Below, in pieces: positions 57,497 to 64,000 of a stretch of 64,000 nt of DNA. The notes beneath the pieces are model-generated. The model did no database searches. It was not told the origin of the DNA and saw only the letters and a list, made by a program, of their open reading frames with translations. The number at the start of each line of letters is the position of its first letter. Within the stretch, counting starts at the first letter, position 1. The stretch is from the human T2T-CHM13v2.0 reference genome, Homo sapiens: the NCBI RefSeq assembly GCF_009914755.1, contig NC_060942.1. One strand, 5' to 3'. Both the position numbers and the translations under genes were made by a program.

Positions 57497-59161
57497 AGGT
57501 TTTTTTTTTAATGCCTATTTTCTGACAAACTAGGTATTTTGAAGGATGTAAGGACTTTATGAAAATACATTCTGCACACATATACCTTCATGAGTTGCTG
57601 TGGCTGTTTCCTGCTTTTATTGTGCCTTTGAAGTTGGGCATTGAGTGAGTTTTACAGGCACACCTCATTTTATGGTGCTTCACTGATACTGTGTTCACAG
57701 GGAGGAGGCTCGGAGCAACCTGGCGAGCACGTCTGCAGGTGCCATTTTCCAGCAGCATGTGCCCCCAGGTGTTGTGCCACGCTCTGGAAATTTCCCGTGT
57801 ACTTCAGCCTCCTCGTTAGTGCTCTGCTGTTACAGGGAGCTGTAGTCAGTGATCTTTGAGGTCACTGTTGTCATAGTTGCTTCATCAGTGTTCTGTCAGC
57901 TATAGGGATTTGTGGTCAGTGATCTTTGAGGTCACTGTTGTCATTGTTTTGGGGTGCCACGAACCACACCCACATAAGACGGCAAACGTAATGGGTAGAT
58001 GTGTGTGTCCTGACTGCTCCACCAACTGGCCATTCCCTGTCTCTGTCCCGGTGCTCAGGCCTCCCTATTCCCTGAGACATAACAGTATTGAAATTAGGCC
58101 AGCGTAGTAACCCTACAGTGACCTCTGAGTGTTCAAGTGGGAGGAAGGCTCACCAGTCTCTCACTTTAAATCAAAAGGTAGACGTGATTATGCTTAGTGA
58201 GGAATGCACGCCAGAAGCCAGGAAAGGCTGCAAGCTGGTCCTCTTGCACTAAACAGCCAAGGTGTGAATGCAAAGGAAAAGTTCTTGAAGCAAACTAAAA
58301 ATACTACTTCAGTGAACACACAGATGATGAGACAGTGAAACAGCCTTATTGCTGAGAAAGAGAAAGTTTTAGTGGTCTGAGTAGAAGATCAAACCAGTCA
58401 CAACATTCCCTTAAGCCAAAGCCTAATCCAGAGCAAGGCCCCAACTGTCTTCAATTCTGTGAAGGTTGAGAGGGGTGAGGAAGCTGCAGAAGAAAAGCTG
58501 GAAACCAGCACAGGTTGGTTCATGAGGGTGAAGGAAGAAGCCGTCTCCGTAACACAAAAGTGAAGGTGAAGCAGCAGGTGCTGTTGGAGAAACTGCGGCA
58601 AGTTCCCCTGGAGATAGGCTGAGATCACTGATGAAACTAAACACGCTAAACAACAGATTTTCAGTGCAGACAAAACAGCCTTCTGTTGGAAGAAGATGCC
58701 GTCTAGGACTTTCATAGCTGGAGAGGAGAAGTCAGTGTCTGGCTTCAAAGGACAGGCTGACTCTCTCGTTGGAGACTAACTAATGCAGCTGGTGACTTTA
58801 AGTTGAAGCCAGTGCTCATTTGCCATTCTGAAAATCCCAGGGCCCTTAAGAATGATGCTAAATCTCCTCTGCCTGTGCTCCATCCATGGAACAACAAAGG
58901 CTGGATGACAGCACCTCTGTTCACAGCATGGTTTACTGACCATTCTAAGCCCGCTCTTGAGACCTGTTACTCAGAAAGAGAGATTCTTCTAAGAAATATT
59001 CCTGCTCATTGACCATGCACCTGGTCACCCAAGAGCTCTGATGGAGACGTACAGGAGAGGAATGTTGTTTTCATGCTGCTGACACCACATCCACCCTGCA
59101 GCCCAGGGCTCAAGAAATGATTTCCAGCTTCAAGTCTTATTATTTAAGAACTACATCTCCT

Positions 59162-59528
<367 letters not shown>

Positions 59529-60285
59529 TTAGAGAGCAATTCTGATGAATCTGGGAAAATCAAACAGAAAATCCTTCTGGAAAGGATTCACCATTGTGAC
59601 ATTGCAAGTGCCACCAGGAACATTTGTGATTCATGGGAAGAGGTCAGAGTATCTGCATCAACCAGGAGTTGGGAAGATGTCGATTCCAACCCTCAGTTCG
59701 GAAGATGTTGATTCTGACCTTCATGGATGACTTCCAGGGCTTCGAGACCCCAGCGGAGGAAGGAGCTGCAGGTGTGGTGGAAATAGCGAGAGAATTAGGA
59801 GTGGAGCCTGAAGATGACTGAACTGCGGCAACTTCAGGATGAAACTCGAACAGATGAGGAGTTGCTTCTTACGGATGAGCAAAGAAAGTAGTTTCTTGAA
59901 ATGGAATCTGCTCCTGGAGAAGATGCTGCGAATGTTGTTGAAATGACCAAAAAGGATTTGGAAGATTCCATCAACTTAGTTGGTAAACCAGCGGCAGGGT
60001 CTACGAGGATTGCTCCTAGTTTTGAAAGCAGTTCTTCTGTGGGTAAAACGCTGTCAAACAGCATTGCATGCTACAGAGAAACCTTTTGTGAAAGGAAGAG
60101 TTGATTGATGGGACAAACTTCATTGTCATCTTATTTCAAGAAATCATCACAGCCACCCCCAGCCTTCAGTAAACACCCCTCTGATCAGTCAGCAGCCATC
60201 AGCATCAAGGTGAGACCCTGCGCCGACAGAAAGACTATGACTTGCTGAAGGTTCAGATGGTTGTTAGCATTTTTTAATCATAAAA

Positions 60286-60597
<312 letters not shown>

Positions 60598-61043
60598 TGA
60601 TTTTTAATAATAAAGTATTTTTAAATTAAGTTAGGTACATTGTTCTTTTAGATATAATGCTATTGAATGTTTAATAAGCTGCAGTAGAGTGTCAGCATGG
60701 ATTATATTCACTGGGAAACCAAAAAATTCATGTGATTCTCAGTATCTCCAGGATAGGCCTGCTGAAGACAGTGGAGTCTAGTTATAATGTGGCTGTTTCT
60801 CAGTTGTGTGGTCTGGAAGGTGACAGTGTCCTGATGTAGTGGGGAGGGGGGTCTAAGCATGAACGGTCTGTCCTCTGCCTCCTCAGTAGCAGTAGTGTGC
60901 CCCACTTGACATCCAGAGGAGACCCTGAGGCTGGTGCCTGGCCCTACTGCTGGCCCCTCTGAAAGCAATTTCAGGGATCAGAAGTGGTGCTGGCCACAGC
61001 TCCCGAAGCCTGGACAGCTGCTGGACTTTTTACTGTTGAGTAA

Positions 61044-61237
61044 TGGGAAAGTTGTTACTAGAACTTCTCACTCCTAAATATTTGACAGAGTAGCTTCTTC
61101 ATGACGGTCGTGACTAACTTAGAGCTAGAAAAATGTAACTGGGAAAGTTGTTACTAGAACTTCTCACTCCTAAACCTTGAACAGAGTAGCTTCTTCATGA
61201 GGGTCGTAACTAACTTAGAACTAGAAAAATGTAACTG
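61044..61237. repeat. 96-bp tandem duplication
   Basis: TGGGAAAGTTGTTACTAGAACTTCTCACTCCTAAA starts at 61044 and 61140. Confidence 0.93.
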
Positions 61238-61634
61238 AGCTTAAGTCATCTACCTTTTTTTAAAGCCATTAAGAGTAAATATTTTACTGAGAAAATAACA
61301 GGATTTAAAGGATCGAAGTTTAGCTTCCTAAGGAAAGCAGACTCATTTGCATGTCGATCATATGTAAGCGAGTCGGTGTTGCTCATTTCACTGTCTACTA
61401 AATATGACTTAGAATACTTTCAGCTTTTATGTTGTATATGTAGATGAAAGAAACTGTCTGAAAATCACCCATGCGTTATACCAGGTTACCCGGGAATGTT
61501 GATTTCCTTTATTCAGTAGCTCAGGAAAACACTGTCAGCACGTGATGTTGGTGGAGGTCTGTTCCGAGCAGCTGCGGTGGCCTTGCTGTGTAACACATAT
61601 CAGCATTTGAGGAAACAAAGGCAGAAGTGACATC

Positions 61635-62020
61635 AGTGGTTAGCTCATAGTTAGTGTAGGTTGTTACTGTTGGCGTGGTTATCAGGGGTGGTTATGTCCT
61701 AGGCGGTCGTTGCAGGTAGGTAGTTACCAGGAGTAGTTAGTGTAGCTATCATCGGTGGTTATGTAGTTATCATAGGTGGTGACTGTTGGCGTGGTTATTG
61801 GGGATGGTTATCGTGTAGTTATCACAGGCTGTTACTCTTGGCTGGTTATCGGGGGTGGTTATCCTAGGCGGGTCGTTGCAGGCAGGTAGCTATTGTGAGT
61901 AGTTAGTGTAGCTGTCATCGGTGGTTATCATGTAGTTACCGTAGGCTGTTACTGTTAACGTGGTACCCAGGGTGGTTATCTTGAACAGTTGTTGCAGGTA
62001 GGTGGTTATCCTAGTTACCA
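61635..62020. repeat. Degenerate GTRGTTAY-based array with a ~165-bp higher-order repeat
   Basis: GGTGGTTAT..CCTAGGCGG.TCGTTGCAGG.AGGTAG...GAGTAGTTAGTGTAGCT.TCATCGGTGGTTAT occurs twice, plus partial copies. Confidence 0.75.
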
Positions 62021-62187
62021 CGGGCAGTCAGTATTCACACTCACTGAGGGCATTCCCGCAGCAGAGAAGGCCGCACTCACTCACTCGTACCGCGTGCACG
62101 GAAACTACTTACACAGTGGGTTTTAAATGCCACGGGTAGCCCCTTGCACCAGTTAGGGTCACGTCCTTATTTGGAGGGTCAGGCGGA

Positions 62188-62630
62188 CATGCGTCCTCTG
62201 TCCCACGTGGAGAGGTGTGTGCACACTCCTATCCCCTGTCCCATGTGGAGGGGCGGGTGCAAACGCATCCTCTGTCCCACGTGGAGTGGTGTGTCCACAC
62301 GCATGTCCTCTGTCCCATGCCCACGTGGAGGGGCATGTACACACGCATGTCCTCTGTCCCGTGTGGAGGGGCGTGTACACGCACACGTGTCCTCTGTCCC
62401 GTGTGGAGGGGCGTGTACATGCTCACATGTGTCCTCTGTCCCGTGTGGAGGGGCGTGTACATGCAAACGTGTATCCTCTGTCCCATGTGGAGGGATGGGC
62501 ACATGTGTGTCTTCAGGACGCCTGTCTCAGGCACCCGTGTGTCTTCAGGACGCCTGTCGGGCACACGCGTGTCTTCAGAACGCTTGTCTGGGGCACACGT
62601 GTGTTCTCAGGATGCCTGTCTCGGGCACAC
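62188..62630. repeat. ~40-bp minisatellite (x8) followed by a ~30-bp minisatellite (x4), just upstream of exon 5
   Basis: TCCTCTGTCCCRYGTGGAGGGGCGTGTAC..., then GTGTCTTCAGGACGCCTGTC..GGCAC. Confidence 0.9.
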
Positions 62631-62695
62631 AGGTTGCGGGGGCGGCCGGGGCTCCTCAGGCCTTTTCTCCCGACTGTTGCTACTATTCTTTTTAG

Positions 62696-62846
62696 GGCAT
62701 CTTTCACTTCCAGCTGGGCCGGGGTGAGCCCATGCTGCACACGCGCCTGCGTCCACACTGCAAGGACTTCCTGGAGAAGATCGCCAAGCTGTACGAGCTG
62801 CACGTCTTCACCTTCGGCAGCCGGCTGTACGCACACACCATCGCAG
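62696..62846 (+). CDS. CTDP1: CTDP1 coding exon 5 (151 nt), FCPH domain
   Basis: Acceptor ttctttttag| and donor CAG|GTCAGT. Encodes GIFHFQLGRGEPMLHTRLRPHCKDFLEKIAKLYELHVFTFGSRLYAHTIA, with the FCP1-family RP..FL..YELH.FT...YA signature. Confidence 0.97.
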
Positions 62847-63329
62847 GTCAGTCAAGCCGCAGCCGAAGAGGCCGTGTGAACAGTGGGTTTCTTTCCTGTT
62901 TTCGGTGATGGTTTCTTAAAGATGAAGAAAGAAAAGAAGCTCTCCTGCAACTCAGTTGTAGTCTTAGGGTTGGCCGTTGTGCAGGGGGTTGTGAGAGGTA
63001 AGGGAATTCTGCCACCAGGGCTGTTGGGTGGGGCCGCGGCTGCTCTGGCCGGGTGCGGTACTGGGTGGGCCGCTTTGGGAGTTTGTCAGGACCACATGGG
63101 CACGTGGAAACTTCTGCGAGCGTCCTCCGACAGATACCTTCTTAAATCAGTTCACAGGGACTTTGGGCCGGGCTGCTTGTGTGTGCTCTTGCTGGGTGCT
63201 GTCACTGCACACAGCATGATTGTCCCCTACCTACACATGGGTACCCTTAGGGTTTAGCGTTTGCTTCTGTCTCCCTGGGTGATAGCGTGAATGCCAGGCT
63301 ACGGTGCCCTCTGGGAGGCAGCACCAGCA

Positions 63330-63595
63330 GGACGAATCGAGGGGACAGTGCCACGGGACGGTGACTGTCCCATGTGGATGCAGTGAGGGGACGCCACAGG
63401 ATGGTGACCGTCTGTCCTTCATGGACAAAGCGAGGGGACAAAGTGGGACAGCGACCGTCTGTTCCACGTGGACGAAGCAACGTCTGTCCCACGTGGACGA
63501 AGCAAGGGGACAGTGCGGGACGGCGACCGTCTGTCCCACGTGGACAAAGCGAGGGGGCTGCCACGGGACGGCGACCGTCTGTCCCACATGGATGT
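63330..63595. repeat. ~47-bp minisatellite downstream of exon 5
   Basis: GGGACGGCGACCGTCTGTCCCACGTGGACRAAGCGAGGGG, about 6 copies. Confidence 0.88.
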
Positions 63596-63926
63596 AGGCG
63601 CCGAGTGGCAGTGTAGGCAAGCTCCTCCGTACTGGCTCCAGAGGTTGTTAGACTGAGCATTTTAAAATTCAAAGGTCTTTCTAGATTGGTCTTAGTCTTT
63701 TGTTGTTGTTGGGGAAATGAATTTTGAATCCTCCTTTAATATTTAGTGCCTTTATAGGAAATTGTGATCATGACCTTTAATTCCTCTTGTAATTGAAATT
63801 TGAAATATTCACCTGTAACATTATGGCTGCTGCTGCATAGCTGCCTGAGACAGATGATGTGAAGACGAGTAATTATGCACAAGGGTGATATTGCTCACTT
63901 CCTCGGGCCAGTGAAGAAATAATGCC

Positions 63927-64000
63927 TGCTATGATCTGAGGGTTTTACAGCCCCCAAGTCCATGTGTTAAAACCCAGTCCCAGGGCGAGGGTGTTAGGAG
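63927..64000 (+). mobile_element. Start of an MST/MLT1-type LTR, truncated by the window end
   Basis: TGCTATGATCTGAGG...CCCCCAAGTCCATGTGTTAAAACCCAGTCCC resembles a MaLR LTR 5' end. Confidence 0.55.

Overview
Human (or very close primate) genomic DNA, recognisable as distal 18q. It contains the 5' part of CTDP1 (FCP1, the RNA polymerase II CTD phosphatase) on the + strand. Five GT-AG exons (35746-36059, 53158-53241, 53910-54003, 55793-55921, 62696-62846) splice into one open frame of 257 codons that includes the catalytic DLDQT motif; the rest of the gene lies beyond the window. The gene starts in a CpG island with ZNF143-type, CRE and ETS motifs, typical of a bidirectional promoter. The upstream 35 kb is mostly decayed transposons: old L1s, Alus, an ERV1 provirus with both LTRs, MaLR LTRs and Tigger1. 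The introns hold many GC-rich minisatellites, which explain nearly all long ORFs in the track. I found no new protein-coding system. The strongest unexplained signals are: (i) two inverted Tigger1 copies about 43 kb apart that share perfect tracts, suggesting inter-locus gene conversion; (ii) a complex templated insertion plus inverted duplication at 2.4-3.1 kb; (iii) a degenerate promoter repeat that multiplies a ZNF143-type motif; (iv) intronic repeats that carry splice signals. Repeat family names and consensus comparisons are from memory and need RepeatMasker/Dfam confirmation.
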